From contig CAWHIJ010000003.1 of NCBI GenBank assembly GCA_963829525.1, positions 768,001 to 832,000 of the forward strand: a stretch of DNA of 64,000 bases, read 5' to 3'. The translations under genes were made by a program, and so were the position numbers. The notes beneath the pieces were generated by a model. That model ran no database searches, was not told the origin of the DNA, and was given only the letters and a program-made list of their open reading frames with translations. Shown piece after piece: positions 1-11,540 of the stretch. The first letter of the stretch is position 1. Each line of letters begins with the position of its first letter. Origin of the DNA: an uncultured Actinomycetota bacterium. GTDB taxonomy: Bacteria > Actinomycetota > Actinomycetes > JAHEKZ01.

Positions 1-1018
1 GCCGTCGGTGCTGCTGCCGGAATGGCCGCCGAACGCGTGGTGGTCGGACGGCCGCTGCGTCGGGGTGAGACTCCAGGCGGCAGGCTGGGCCTCGGCCAGC
101 TGCGGGGCACACCACAAATCGTCCTGCTCGACGACGGCGTCGAACTGCACGTCGAGGTCGAAGAACCGCATCCCACCGGCGCCGTGGCGCGAGTTGACGG
201 TGGTCTTCGTTCACGGATACGCACTGAATCAGGACTGCTTCCACTACCAACGCCAGGCACTCCGCGGCATGGTGCGCATGGTCTTCTACGACCAGCGGTC
301 ACATGGCCGCTCGGGGCGTGGAACGGCTGAGACGTCTACGATGGCGCAGCTCGCTGTTGACCTGGAGATGGTGCTGTCTGCGGTTGTCCCAACCGGCCCC
401 GTCGTTCTGGTCGGGCACTCGATGGGCGGAATGACAATCCTTGAGCTGGCGGGCCGATCTCCGGAGCTCTTCGGGGAGCGCGTGCAGGGCGTTGCGCTGA
501 TCTCCACATCCGCCGGACGGATGTCAGACGTCACACTGGGGTTGCCTTCCTTCGCCGCTCGCAGTTTGCGGATGCTCGCACCGTCGGTAATCCAGCTCGG
601 GCGACGCACCACACAGCTGTTGGAGCGCAGCCGTCACCTCAGCAGCGACCTCGCCGTCCTGGTGACGAAGGTCTACGCCTTCGCCGATGACGTCCCAGTC
701 GAGTTGGTGGACTTCAGCCTGGAGATGATCAACGCTACCCCGATCGACGTCTTGGCTGACTTTCTTCCGGCCCTCGGGGACCACGATGTGCTCGACGCAC
801 TGGACGTACTCAATGGCACCGAGACGCTGGTGCTCGTTGGCGCCCAGGACCTGCTAACACCTCCAGCTCACAGCCAGGTACTCGTCAAGGGAATCCCGGG
901 GGCCGAGCTAGAGGTGCTCGACCCCGGTGGTCACTTGGTCATGCTGGAGAGGCCCGACGACGTCAACGGGCACCTGATCGACCTGCTTGAGCGAGTGGCT
1001 CGCGGCCTGGCGGATTGA
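1..1018 (+). CDS. Alpha/beta-fold hydrolase, 5'-partial, one frameshift near 180
   Basis: Frame 1 from base 1 (AVGAAAGMAAERVV...DDGVELHVEVEE) switches to ORF 8..1018 (VVFVHGY, YDQRSHGRS, GHSMGG nucleophile elbow, GHLVMLERP); usual position upstream of tsaE. Confidence 0.85.
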   Translation, partial: PSVLLPEWPPNAWWSDGRCVGVRLQAAGWASASCGAHHKSSCSTTASNCTSRSKNRIPPAPWRELTVVFVHGYALNQDCFHYQRQALRGMVRMVFYDQRSHGRSGRGTAETSTMAQLAVDLEMVLSAVVPTGPVVLVGHSMGGMTILELAGRSPELFGERVQGVALISTSAGRMSDVTLGLPSFAARSLRMLAPSVIQLGRRTTQLLERSRHLSSDLAVLVTKVYAFADDVPVELVDFSLEMINATPIDVLADFLPALGDHDVLDALDVLNGTETLVLVGAQDLLTPPAHSQVLVKGIPGAELEVLDPGGHLVMLERPDDVNGHLIDLLERVARGLAD

Positions 1019-1494
1019 CTGTGGCGATTCCGGACTGTTCGGTCGTACCCAATGCGGAAGCGATGCGCCTACTGGGCGCCCAGGTCGCGCTTGGGTGTCG
1101 CGCCGGCGATGTCGTCGTCCTTAGTGGCCCGCTGGGGGCGGGGAAGACGACGTTCACCCAGGGCTTTGCGACCGGGCTCAAGGTGACGGGTCCGGTGACG
1201 TCGCCGACCTTCGTCATCGCCCGCCTTCATCGATCGACCTCTGGCGGGCCAGACCTGGTCCATGTCGATGCGTACCGGCTAGGTGGTCTGGCCGAGCTCG
1301 ACGATCTCGACCTCGGGGTCTCACTCACCGAGTCCGTCACCGTCGTGGAGTGGGGAGAGGGACTGGCCGAGAGTTTGTCTACGGAGGTCGTGACGGTTCG
1401 GATTGAACGAGACACCCACGACCTTGGCCTCGTCGACCCGACGTCCGATCAACGCCAGGTCACCGTGACCTGGCCATCTGATCGCAGTGGGTAG
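1015..1494 (+). CDS. tsaE: tRNA t6A biosynthesis ATPase TsaE
   Basis: GPLGAGKTT Walker A, VTSPTF, HVDAYRL, VVEWG motifs. Confidence 0.96.
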   Translation: MTVAIPDCSVVPNAEAMRLLGAQVALGCRAGDVVVLSGPLGAGKTTFTQGFATGLKVTGPVTSPTFVIARLHRSTSGGPDLVHVDAYRLGGLAELDDLDLGVSLTESVTVVEWGEGLAESLSTEVVTVRIERDTHDLGLVDPTSDQRQVTVTWPSDRSG

Positions 1495-1503
1495 GGTCGC
1501 CGC

Positions 1504-2166
1504 GTGCTGTTGTTGGGGCTGGACACCGCCACCGCGGTCACCACTGTTGCCTTGGTGCGGTCGGTGCCTGGTGCAGACACACAAGTTCTCGGTGAGCGCA
1601 GTCACGTCGACGCACGCCGGCATGGCCAGGTTCTCCCGGTGCAGATCGACGAGGTGCTCCGTGGCGCTGGCGTCAACCCAGCAGACCTGGACGCGGTCGC
1701 AGTGGGTATCGGACCCGGAGCCTTCACCGGGCTCCGCGTTGGCTTGGCGACGGCCCAAACCTTGGGTCAGGCCCTGCAGATCCCGGTCCATGGAGTGAGC
1801 ACCCTCGACGTCCTGGCCTTTGCGACACAGTGCGAGGAGCCGTTCGCCGTTGTGACCGATGCGCGACGCCGAGAGTTCTTCTGGGCGACTTACCGCCGAC
1901 ACGATGTTCGCTTGAGTGCGCCAACGGTGGGCACTCCTGCTGCAGCTCGCGAGGCGCTAGGGGGGATGACTGTGTTCTGTCCGCCCCGGACGCCTGCAAT
2001 CGATGGTCAAGAGGTTGTCGAGGGAGGCGAACCAAACGGGGAGGTGCTCTGCCGACTGGTGCTGTCTCGACTTGCGAAGGGTCGATCCACTGAGGACCCG
2101 GTGCCGCTCTACCTGAGACGGCCCGACGTGACGCCGTCTGCAAGCCCCAAGTCGGTGCTTGCATGA
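1504..2166 (+). CDS. tsaB: tRNA t6A biosynthesis protein TsaB
   Basis: LGLDTAT, GPGAFTGLRVG, DARRRE, PLYLRRPD motifs; operon context. Confidence 0.95.
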   Translation: MLLLGLDTATAVTTVALVRSVPGADTQVLGERSHVDARRHGQVLPVQIDEVLRGAGVNPADLDAVAVGIGPGAFTGLRVGLATAQTLGQALQIPVHGVSTLDVLAFATQCEEPFAVVTDARRREFFWATYRRHDVRLSAPTVGTPAAAREALGGMTVFCPPRTPAIDGQEVVEGGEPNGEVLCRLVLSRLAKGRSTEDPVPLYLRRPDVTPSASPKSVLA

Positions 2167-2675
2167 CCATGGCAGCGATCGACAAGGCAATGACGGCAGA
2201 TCTCGTCATCCGCCAGATGCGATGGTGGGACATCGAACAGGTGCACCGACTGGAGGCGAACGCGTTTCCGCAAACTCCTTGGCCGGTTGAGACGTTCTGG
2301 TCTGAGCTCGCCGGCGTCCCCGCCACGCGCCACTACCTGGTGGCGGAGAGTTACGGCCAGGTCGTGGGGTACGCCGGACTCATGGTCATCGGGGGCGAGG
2401 CTGACGTCCAGACGCTCGCTGTCGCTGCTGAGAGCCAGCGCCATGGAGTGGGTGCCCGGCTGCTGAGCGCCCTGTTGGCTGAGGCCGAGCGCAGAGGCTG
2501 CTCGCACGTCACATTGGAGGTCGGCGCCGACGGGGAGTCCGCACAACGGCTGTATTCGAGCTGTGGTTTTGAAGTTATCGCACGCCGAACCTCCTACTAC
2601 GGTCCTGGAGCTGACGCATTGATCATGCGACTCAGGCTCGGATCTTCAGGTCACGTGGAAATGCCGGCGCCGTGA
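2163..2675 (+). CDS. rimI: Ribosomal protein S18 alanine N-acetyltransferase RimI
   Basis: GNAT acetyl-CoA motif (QRHGVG), [16 protein letters not shown]; between tsaB and tsaD. Confidence 0.9.
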   Translation: MTMAAIDKAMTADLVIRQMRWWDIEQVHRLEANAFPQTPWPVETFWSELAGVPATRHYLVAESYGQVVGYAGLMVIGGEADVQTLAVAAESQRHGVGARLLSALLAEAERRGCSHVTLEVGADGESAQRLYSSCGFEVIARRTSYYGPGADALIMRLRLGSSGHVEMPAP

Positions 2676-3722
2676 GCAGCCAGGCCCTCGTCCTCGGAAT
2701 CGAGACCTCGTGTGACGAGACGGGCGTTGGACTGGTTCGAGGAACGACGCTCCTGGCCGACGAGGTCGCGAGCAGCATCGACGAGCACGCCAGGTTCGGC
2801 GGAGTCGTCCCGGAGGTCGCGAGCCGCGCGCACCTCGAGGCCATGCCTGCCACGCTCTCCCGTGCCGTCGACCAGGCAGGGGTGTCTCTCTCGGACATCG
2901 ACGCAGTCGCCGTGACAGCCGGTCCCGGTCTGGTTGGCGCGCTTCTCGTCGGAACCGCGACCGCCCAGACGCTGGCGCTGGCGCTGGGCAAGCCGCTCTA
3001 CGGAGTGAATCACCTTGCCGCGCACGTGGCCGTCGACCGGCTCGAGCACGGGCCGCTGCCGCAGCCGGCCATCGCGCTGCTGGTCAGCGGGGGACACTCG
3101 TCGCTGCTACGTGTTGACGACGTCACCGCTGACGTGACCGCAATGGGCGCGACAATCGACGACGCGGCAGGGGAGGCCTTCGACAAGGTGGGGCGCCTGC
3201 TTGGCCTTCCCTTTCCGGGCGGCCCCGCATATCGACCGACTCGCAAATGACGGAGATGCGACAGCGATCGCCTTTCCGCGAGGACTGACGGGGCAGCGAG
3301 ACCTCGACCGGCACCGGTTCGACTTCTCGTTCTCGGGCCTGAAGACCGCGGTGGCGCGCTGGGTCGAGCTGCGACAGCGAGAGGGGGAACCGGTGAACGT
3401 GGCTGATGTCGCAGCGTCCTTCCAAGAGGCGGTGGTCGACGTGCTCAGCAAGAAGGCGCTGGATGCCTGTCGTCAGCAGGGGATAGAGCACCTGCTACTT
3501 AGCGGAGGGGTCGCAGCCAACTCGCGGCTGCGGACACTGCTTGAACAGCGGTGCGCTGCAGCCGGCGTGAGTCTTCGAGTCCCGCGTGCTGGGCTCTGCA
3601 CCGACAACGGCGCCATGGTGGCTGCTCTGGGCGCCGCCCTGGTCGAGTCCGGGCGATCACCTTCGGCACTGGGACTTCCGGTGGACTCAGCTCTGCCGGT
3701 TGACCAAGTCAGGGTCTCGTAA
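2672..3722 (+). CDS. tsaD: tRNA t6A biosynthesis protein TsaD, one apparent frameshift near 3225
   Basis: [44 protein letters not shown] in ORF 2672..3250; [26 protein letters not shown] in ORF 3201..3722. Essential gene, so the shift is most likely a sequencing error. Confidence 0.95.
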
Positions 3723-3826
3723 GACTTGCCAACAGCGCTCGCTGCGTCGCGCCGTCTCCGCCACCCAACCAACGCCACACCTGACCCGGCGTTTGGCCTC
3801 CTTCTCGGATCGGGGATGATGCTCAG

Positions 3827-4147
3827 GTGATTGTGCGTATGTGGGAAACCCCCGTGAAGTCAGGGCAGATCGATGCCCTCATCGAGTACGTCAAGGCCGA
3901 GGTGTGGCCAGGCGTGACCGCCGCCAAGGGATTCGTGGGCGGCGAGGTGCTGCGCTCGTTCGGTGAAGGCGGCGACCGCCTCCTGCTCATCACCCGTTGG
4001 GACGGCACCGATGCGCTCTCCGGATTTCTTGGACCGGACTGGCAGGCACACCAGATGACACCGGTGCCGGCCGAAGAGCCGTTGCTCGCCGGTTCTCCTT
4101 TCGTCGACCACTGGGACCTCGTCACCACGTTCGAGGCCGGAGACTAG
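3827..4147 (+). CDS. Antibiotic biosynthesis monooxygenase (ABM)-like small protein
   Basis: MIVRMWE...AAKGFVGGEVLR...LLITRW pattern of dimeric alpha/beta barrel proteins. Confidence 0.65.
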   Translation: MIVRMWETPVKSGQIDALIEYVKAEVWPGVTAAKGFVGGEVLRSFGEGGDRLLLITRWDGTDALSGFLGPDWQAHQMTPVPAEEPLLAGSPFVDHWDLVTTFEAGD

Positions 4148-5361
4148 GAACTCACTTCCTTGGCTCGGCAGACGACCACGGTCGGGTCGTCACCGATCCG
4201 CGTGAGCACGATGGTGCGTCTTTTGGGGGCGGATCCATCCAGTCGCAGTGACCCCCGCAGCGTGTCCACGTCGATCGCCGACCCCCTTTTCTTGATCACT
4301 ACGTGACCGACCTCGTGCTCGCGAAGGTAGTTGCGGAGCCGCTTGAGCGAGAAGCGCATGACGTCCAAGACCTGGTAGCTGGACAGGAAGGGCGACGAAA
4401 CCGGTAAGTCGGTGCTGATGTATGCAATGCGCGGATCGAGCAACCAGCCTCCGACCTGCGCGACAACAGCTGCGACGAGGCCAGCACGGATCACGGCCCC
4501 ATCGGGCTCGTGCAAGTGGCTCCCAACTGCACGAATGGGCGGCGGCGCGGTTGGCAAGTCGGCGTCGGTGACGCGGGCACCTGTGGGAAGCAGCGTCGCG
4601 CTCCGGGTGATCCCTACGGCCCGGAGACTCCCACGGTAGAGCGCAGCCTCGACAACCGCGCCGCCGTCCGATACGACGCAGAACTCGGTACCGGCCGGCA
4701 CAAGATCGTGGTCGAGCCCCGGAGCGACCTTCACGCCAAGACTCTTCACGGGAAGGTCGAGCACCCACGACAGCGGCGGAGACCAGCTCTGCGGCAGGGT
4801 CAAGCGTCGCCCTTCACGCCGCCGGGCGGGGTCAGCAAACACCGCGTCGTACTTCGACCACGTCTCGTCCGGGAGTGTGGTCACGTCCGCCGCAGTCACG
4901 CTAATCCGTCCGCCGTGCCCCCTGGCTTGAGCATTGGCCGCGGCTACCTCGGCGGTCAGGGGATCTTTGTCGTAGGCGCCCACCCGCAGTCCTGCGTCGG
5001 CGAAGGCCAGCGCATCGAGTCCGACGCCGCAACCGATGTCGGCGATGAATCTACCGGCGCCCCCGTCAGCGAAGCGGGCCGCGCGAAGCCCGGCGACTGT
5101 CGGTCTGGTCGCCTGCTCAGCGCCGTCGGGCGTCAGCAGGATGTGGGGGAGCAGTTCGGCCCCGGCTGGTCCCCAGCGAAGGGCAGCATTGGTGCGGAGC
5201 CTGCTCTGGGTCAGGGCTGCGGACACGAGAGCTGCGGAGTGGCCAGCGCGGCGGAGTCGCTCGCCGGTTGCCAGGGCGGTGCGCTCGTCGTAGCCGGGGA
5301 GGTCGGCAAGCAGGTGGCGTCCCTCGGGGCTGGTCAGTAACGCAACGTCAGCGAGCTCCAC
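4144..5361 (-). CDS. Class I SAM-dependent methyltransferase with THUMP-like C-terminal domain
   Basis: EQAT, DIGCGVGLD, FADPARR, KVAPG, HEPDGAVIRAG, IKKRG; conserved divergent position next to groES in actinobacteria. Confidence 0.88.
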   Translation of the reverse strand: MELADVALLTSPEGRHLLADLPGYDERTALATGERLRRAGHSAALVSAALTQSRLRTNAALRWGPAGAELLPHILLTPDGAEQATRPTVAGLRAARFADGGAGRFIADIGCGVGLDALAFADAGLRVGAYDKDPLTAEVAAANAQARGHGGRISVTAADVTTLPDETWSKYDAVFADPARRREGRRLTLPQSWSPPLSWVLDLPVKSLGVKVAPGLDHDLVPAGTEFCVVSDGGAVVEAALYRGSLRAVGITRSATLLPTGARVTDADLPTAPPPIRAVGSHLHEPDGAVIRAGLVAAVVAQVGGWLLDPRIAYISTDLPVSSPFLSSYQVLDVMRFSLKRLRNYLREHEVGHVVIKKRGSAIDVDTLRGSLRLDGSAPKRRTIVLTRIGDDPTVVVCRAKEVSS

Positions 5362-5401
5362 GGACCCATCCTCCCCGCCGAGAGCGGCGTGGGGGCTCCA
5401 G

Positions 5402-5428
5402 CTGGCACTCGGGTTGACGGAGTGCTAA
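5402..5428 (+). promoter_or_regulatory. CIRCE element 1 (HrcA operator)
   Basis: CTGGCACTC-N9-GAGTGCTAA; overlaps a TTGACG-N17-TAAGTT housekeeping-sigma promoter at 5414-5442. Confidence 0.92.
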
Positions 5429-5447
5429 CCGCTGGCTAAGTTAGGCG

Positions 5448-5474
5448 TTGGCACTCTCACCCTGAGTGTGCCAG
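5448..5474 (+). promoter_or_regulatory. CIRCE element 2 (HrcA operator)
   Basis: TTGGCACTC-N9-GTGTGCCAG; tandem CIRCEs are typical of actinobacterial groES. Confidence 0.85.
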
Positions 5475-5579
5475 CCCGTCCCTTGTGGACGAGCAGGCGC
5501 CGCCCGTCCGACCCCGCGACGGCGGAAGGTCGGCGCAGTCCCTTTTGTTTCGTTTAGCCGCAAGGCGGAGGTCATCTCA

Positions 5580-5879
5580 GTGTCGGTTTCCATCAAGCCG
5601 CTCGAGGACCGCATTCTCGTCCAGGCCCTCGATGCCGAGCAGACCACGGCGTCAGGTCTCGTCATCCCGGACACCGCCAAGGAGAAGCCCCAAGAGGGCA
5701 AGGTCCTTGCCGTTGGTCCGGGTCGTTTCGATGAGGACGGCGAGAAGCGCATCCCCCTCGACATCAGCGTCAATGATGTTGTCGTCTACAGCAAGTACGG
5801 CGGCACCGAGGTCAAGTATGACGGCCAGGAGTACCTCATTCTCTCTGCGCGCGACGTGCTCGCGATCGTGGAGAAGTGA
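5580..5879 (+). CDS. groES: Co-chaperonin GroES
   Basis: [38 protein letters not shown]; GTG start after GGAGG. Confidence 0.98.
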   Translation: MSVSIKPLEDRILVQALDAEQTTASGLVIPDTAKEKPQEGKVLAVGPGRFDEDGEKRIPLDISVNDVVVYSKYGGTEVKYDGQEYLILSARDVLAIVEK

Positions 5880-5905
5880 GTCAGCTCCTCCGTTAGTCCA
5901 ATCGT

Positions 5906-5950
5906 CGTGACGCCCCGCGCCCCCGCATCGTCGGGTGCCGGGGCGTCACG
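5906..5950 (+). terminator. Stem-loop between groES and groEL1 (attenuator or mRNA-stability hairpin)
   Basis: CGTGACGCCCCG (5906-5917) pairs perfectly with CGGGGCGTCACG (5939-5950). Confidence 0.7.
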
Positions 5951-5966
5951 CATGTACCGCTCTTGA

Positions 5967-7646
<1,680 letters not shown>

Positions 7647-7663
7647 GCCGTTCGAACGCCCAC

Positions 7664-7694
7664 CCATTGCCGCCCGAAGTCTTTGCGGTGGTGG
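7664..7694. terminator. Probable bidirectional terminator between groEL1 and whiB3
   Basis: CCATTGCCGC...GCGGTGGTGG imperfect stem between convergent genes. Confidence 0.5.
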
Positions 7695-7721
7695 CCGGGG
7701 CGCCGAAGTCGCTCTGTCGGG

Positions 7722-8017
7722 TCAGCCGACGAGTTTGAGGTTCTTGCGGCGGTAGATCAGCCTCGCGCTCTTCCTCGGTCATGCCGCCCCAGACGCCGTA
7801 GGGCTCACGGACGGCAAGGGCATGAGCCGCGCACTGCGCGATCACCGGGCAGCTGGCGCACACCGCCTTTGCGGTTCTGTCGCGAGCCTCGCGTGAGGGG
7901 CCTCGCTCGCCTTCAGGGTGAAAGAAGGTCGCCGGGATCGACGGACCGGCAGGCGCCGTCGAACTGCCATTCCCAGACGTCGGCCACCGGCCCGGGAAGT
8001 CGGGAGATGTCGGCCAT
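7722..8017 (-). CDS. whiB3: WhiB3/WhiD-family Fe-S transcription factor, two apparent single-base insertions
   Basis: MADISRLPGPVADVWEWQFDGAC / FFHPEGERG...CASCPVIAQCAAHAL..REPYGVWGGMTEEER / IYRRKNLKLVG*; four Cys and the GVWGG turn; RBS GGAGG. Confidence 0.92.
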
Positions 8018-8053
8018 GGGGTCCTCCAAGATTTCGGGCGGTTGTGAACGATC

Positions 8054-8082
8054 ACGCTACAACCGCTTCATAAGTTGGTCAA
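8054..8082 (-). promoter_or_regulatory. Housekeeping-sigma promoter for whiB3
   Basis: Minus strand TTGACC-N17-TAGCGT. Confidence 0.55.
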
Positions 8083-8167
8083 GCCTTTGCGCTGACCAAG
8101 GTGCGAGTCGTTTAGCACTCCAGGGGTCGAGGTGCGCCGTCGGCCGGTCGGGCCCACAATCACCTCC

Positions 8168-9090
8168 ATGGAACAAGCGGTGGACGGCCCGCATGCCCAG
8201 CGCCGTCGCTCACGGTGGCGGCTCTGGCGCGGCGGTTAGGGGTGGCCCCCGCAACCCTGCGCACCTGGGACCGGCGCTATGGCGTTGGCCCGAGTGGCCA
8301 CTCAGCCGGAGCCCACCGCCGCTACACGCCCACGGATGTGCAGCGGCTCGAGCAAATGCGACGGCTGACCCTGGAGGGCGTCGCCCCAGGTGAAGCAGCG
8401 CGCGTTGCGTTGGCAGGATCTGCCTCTCTCGTGCCGGCACCTCCGGAGGACAGCACTCCGACGCCGGTGGTCCCGCCGACCAGTACCGATGCCGCCGTCC
8501 GTGGCCTCACAAGGGCGGCGCTGGCTCTGGACGCCCGCTCCATCGACAAAGTCTTGGTCGATGCCTTCGGAGGCATGGTGTGCTCTGGACGTGGGATGCG
8601 CTTATTCTCCCCGTTTTGGCCGCAATCGGTGAGCGATGGGCAGACACCGGGAACGGCATCGATGTCGAGCACCTCATGGCAGAGACCGTGCTGGGCGCGC
8701 TTCGCTCGGTCATGGTCTGCGGCGCCGGAACCGCGACAATGCTCGTCCCGTCATTGCTGGCTTCCGCGCCTGAAGAGCTGCACACCTTGCCACTCCACGC
8801 GCTTGCTGCCGCCCTGCGCCGAACGGGGCATCGACTCCAGGGTGCTGGGGGCCAGCGTCCCTGGACCCGCGCTGGCCGCGGCGGTTCGGCGTGGCGGAGC
8901 CAGCGGCGTGTTCATCTGGGCTCATCGTCGTGAGATCGCTGATCTGGCTCAGGTCGAGGCCGTGCCGGCCATGCGCCCTCCGGTCCGCATCGTGGTGGGC
9001 GGCCCCGGCTGGCAGGATCAGGTACCGCCAGGGGCAGTCCACGTCAGCACCCTGAGTGAGGCCGTCACTGTGCTGCAGCGCGGCCGCTGA
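8168..9090 (+). CDS. MerR-family regulator with cobalamin-binding domain (CarH/LitR-like), frameshifted, start uncertain
   Basis: HTH ARRLGVAPATLRTWDRRYG...HRRYT; W-x9-EH (WADTGNGIDVEH) and E-x-H (EELH) in ORF 8580..8933; C-terminal VVGGPGW in ORF 8215..9090. Confidence 0.82.
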
Positions 9091-9211
9091 CGGCCGCACT
9101 GTCCCGAACCCACCAGGCGGCAGCGGTTAACACCGCGGTGTCGTGTGCCGAGACTTCAGGGCAAGGGGCGTCGCGTGGCGCCCGCCATCGCCGATGTCTT
9201 GAGGTTCTTCA

Positions 9212-10120
9212 GTGTCCGACGACCTTGCCGAGCTGCTCGCCACCGGCGAGCGGGCTGCTTTCCACGGTCGCCCGGCGAGTGGTGTTGTCGCACTCGAGTC
9301 GGCGTTCGAGCTTGCCAGGACCGACGGGAAGGGCGCCGAGGCCACGGCCGCTGCATGGCTACTCGGCGTGTGCCTGGCCGCGGCAGGCAAGTTTGGCGGA
9401 TCCCTCGCGGTTCTTGAGCCACTCGTTGCTGCTGGCACCTCTGAGGTGCCAGAGCGGCGCCTGTTCGCCGCGCTGGCAGCGTCCACCTCGGCATCGGTCC
9501 GTCGCCAGCTCGGCCAGTTGGCCGAGGCCAAACGTCTCGACGATGCCGCGTTCGCCTGCAGTAATGGCGCACCAGAAGCGGCATTCGACGCCACGATCGG
9601 GCTTGCCGCAGATGCTGTGATCGGCGACGATGCGGCGTCCGCACAACACCTGGTGGAGCAAGCGCGGCTGCTGACCGACGGCCACCTCGACTGGTGGCGT
9701 CAACGAGTGCGGCTCGCCTGGGTGGAGGCCGAGGTGGCTCTGCTCCTCGGAGACTTTGGTCGTGCCGCAGGAGTCCTGCTGGAGGCCGTTCAGCTGGCCG
9801 AGGTGTCCGGTGCGCCACGCCATGTGGCCAAGACCCTGCTTCTTCTCGGTGTTGCTCAGGTGCAGAGTGGCGAACTTACTGCGGCGGAGAACACCCTGCG
9901 GCGATCAGCGACCCTGGCCGAGAGTCTTGGGGCCCTCCCTACCCTCTGGCCGTCCAGAGCACTGCTCGGGGCACTCCTGGAGGAGAGCTCGCCTGCCGAG
10001 TCGGCTAAGTCGCTGGCTGCTGCCCGCAGCGGGGTGATCGCCATTGCCGACGACCTCCCCGACGACCTCCGCAACGTATGGCTGGATCGGCCAGACGTTG
10101 CTGCCCTCCTAGGAGGGTGA
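9212..10120 (+). CDS. All-helical TPR-like hypothetical protein
   Basis: Repeated Ala/Leu helix pairs (LLGVCLAAAGKFGGS, LLGDFGRAA, LLGVAQVQSGELTAAE); no catalytic motif seen. Confidence 0.65.
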   Translation: MSDDLAELLATGERAAFHGRPASGVVALESAFELARTDGKGAEATAAAWLLGVCLAAAGKFGGSLAVLEPLVAAGTSEVPERRLFAALAASTSASVRRQLGQLAEAKRLDDAAFACSNGAPEAAFDATIGLAADAVIGDDAASAQHLVEQARLLTDGHLDWWRQRVRLAWVEAEVALLLGDFGRAAGVLLEAVQLAEVSGAPRHVAKTLLLLGVAQVQSGELTAAENTLRRSATLAESLGALPTLWPSRALLGALLEESSPAESAKSLAAARSGVIAIADDLPDDLRNVWLDRPDVAALLGG

Positions 10121-10162
10121 CGAGATCTTGGCCCAAACCCAGGGGCTTTGTGAAACTCACCC

Positions 10163-10189
10163 CTCACGCTTCGTAGTAAATGTGCCGAA
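10163..10189 (+). promoter_or_regulatory. Putative sigma28/FliA/WhiG-type promoter upstream of bldM
   Basis: CTCA-N17-GCCGAA. Confidence 0.6.
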
Positions 10190-10267
10190 AGAGATCCAGA
10201 GACAGTCGGGCTCCCCTCACCCGAAAACCGCGATGCGCTCGATCGACGAGCGCTGCAAGGAGGCGCC

Positions 10268-10879
10268 GTGACCACGGTTCTGGTGTGCGACGATTCACCG
10301 CTCGCACGCGAGACGTTGCGTCGCGCCGTCGCCGCTGTCCCCGGTGTGGACCGGGTGACCGTGGCGGGGAGTGGCGAAGAGGTGCTCAGCAGGTGGGCGG
10401 GAGAGCGACCCGAGCTTGTGCTGATGGACGTCCGGATGCCAGGGCTCGGCGGGGTGGAGTCGGCGCGCCGGCTCGTTGCCACCTACCCCGATGCCGCGGT
10501 CGTGATGCTCACCATGGCAGAGGACCAAGACGGCGTAGCTCGTGCGGTCGCGGGTGGCTCCCGTGGCTACCTGGTCAAGGACGCAACTCGCGAGGAGCTG
10601 ACGGCAACGGTCTCGTACGCCTTGGCGGAAGCGACCTGGCGTCGCGTCCCCCGACGCTCGCAGCCGGTCGAGATGGGTGCTCCACCAGCGCTGACTGAGC
10701 GCGAGTTGCAGGTGCTCGGTGGAATGTCCCGTGGCCGAAGCAATGCGGAGATCGGCCGAGAGCTCTACCTGTCCGAGGACACGGTCAAGACGCATGCCCG
10801 CAGACTCTTCCGAAAGGTCGGAGCGGCCGACCGGGCGCAGGCGGTAGCGATGGGTTTCCGCTGGGGCCTGGTGCGTTAA
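10268..10879 (+). CDS. bldM: NarL/LuxR-type orphan response regulator, BldM orthologue
   Basis: 203 aa, [15 protein letters not shown]...[14 protein letters not shown]...GFRWGLVR closely matches Streptomyces BldM as recalled; syntenic whiD...bldM-shbA-guaB. Confidence 0.88.
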   Translation: MTTVLVCDDSPLARETLRRAVAAVPGVDRVTVAGSGEEVLSRWAGERPELVLMDVRMPGLGGVESARRLVATYPDAAVVMLTMAEDQDGVARAVAGGSRGYLVKDATREELTATVSYALAEATWRRVPRRSQPVEMGAPPALTERELQVLGGMSRGRSNAEIGRELYLSEDTVKTHARRLFRKVGAADRAQAVAMGFRWGLVR

Positions 10880-10928
10880 CCGTCTCGAAGGGGGTGAACG
10901 TCGACCACGCAGTGGTCTGCGATGCGGC

Positions 10929-11540
10929 ATGGGCAGCGATGTAACGGACGGGCCCGGCGAAGCGATCCTTCATCGAACGGAGGACGGTGATCTGCGGACC
11001 CTTGTGGGGCGCGCCACCGAAGGCGATGGCGCCGCTGCCGAGGCGCTGCTCACCCACCTCCGTCCACTGGTAGTCCGCTACTGCCGAGGACGCCTTGGAC
11101 GCGTCCCGGCAGCCGATTTTGCCGCAGATGACGCGGCGCAGGAGGTCTTGCTCGCCGTGCTGAGCGCGCTGCCCCGCTACCGAGACGAGGGACGCCCCTT
11201 CGAGGCATTCGTTTTTGGTATCGCGGCGCACAAGGTGGCTGACTTGCAGCGCGCCGCCTTCCGGACCGCTATTCCCACCGACGTGGTGCCCGACGCCACC
11301 GACCTGGGCATGACCCCGGAGGAGCGGGTCCTCCAGGCCGGCGACACCGAGTTGGCCAACGCGCTGTTGGACCGTCTTCCGAGCAACCTCCGCGAGCTTC
11401 TCCTACTGCGGGTAGCGGTTGGTTTGTCAGCTGAAGAGACGGGGCGCGCTCTCGGCATGACTCCAGGGGCCGTTCGAGTGGCCCAGCATCGCGCACTGGC
11501 CCGACTGCGTACCTATGCCGCCGAAGAGGTGGCGGTGTGA
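10929..11540 (+). CDS. shbA: ECF sigma factor, ShbA/SigD family
   Basis: [47 protein letters not shown]; upstream of guaB. Confidence 0.85.
   Translation: MGSDVTDGPGEAILHRTEDGDLRTLVGRATEGDGAAAEALLTHLRPLVVRYCRGRLGRVPAADFAADDAAQEVLLAVLSALPRYRDEGRPFEAFVFGIAAHKVADLQRAAFRTAIPTDVVPDATDLGMTPEERVLQAGDTELANALLDRLPSNLRELLLLRVAVGLSAEETGRALGMTPGAVRVAQHRALARLRTYAAEEVAV

Noticed and set aside
3201-3250. Programmed frameshifting in tsaD or guaA
   Set aside because: No slippery heptamer or stimulatory structure seen; similar indels are scattered across unrelated genes, matching long-read error.
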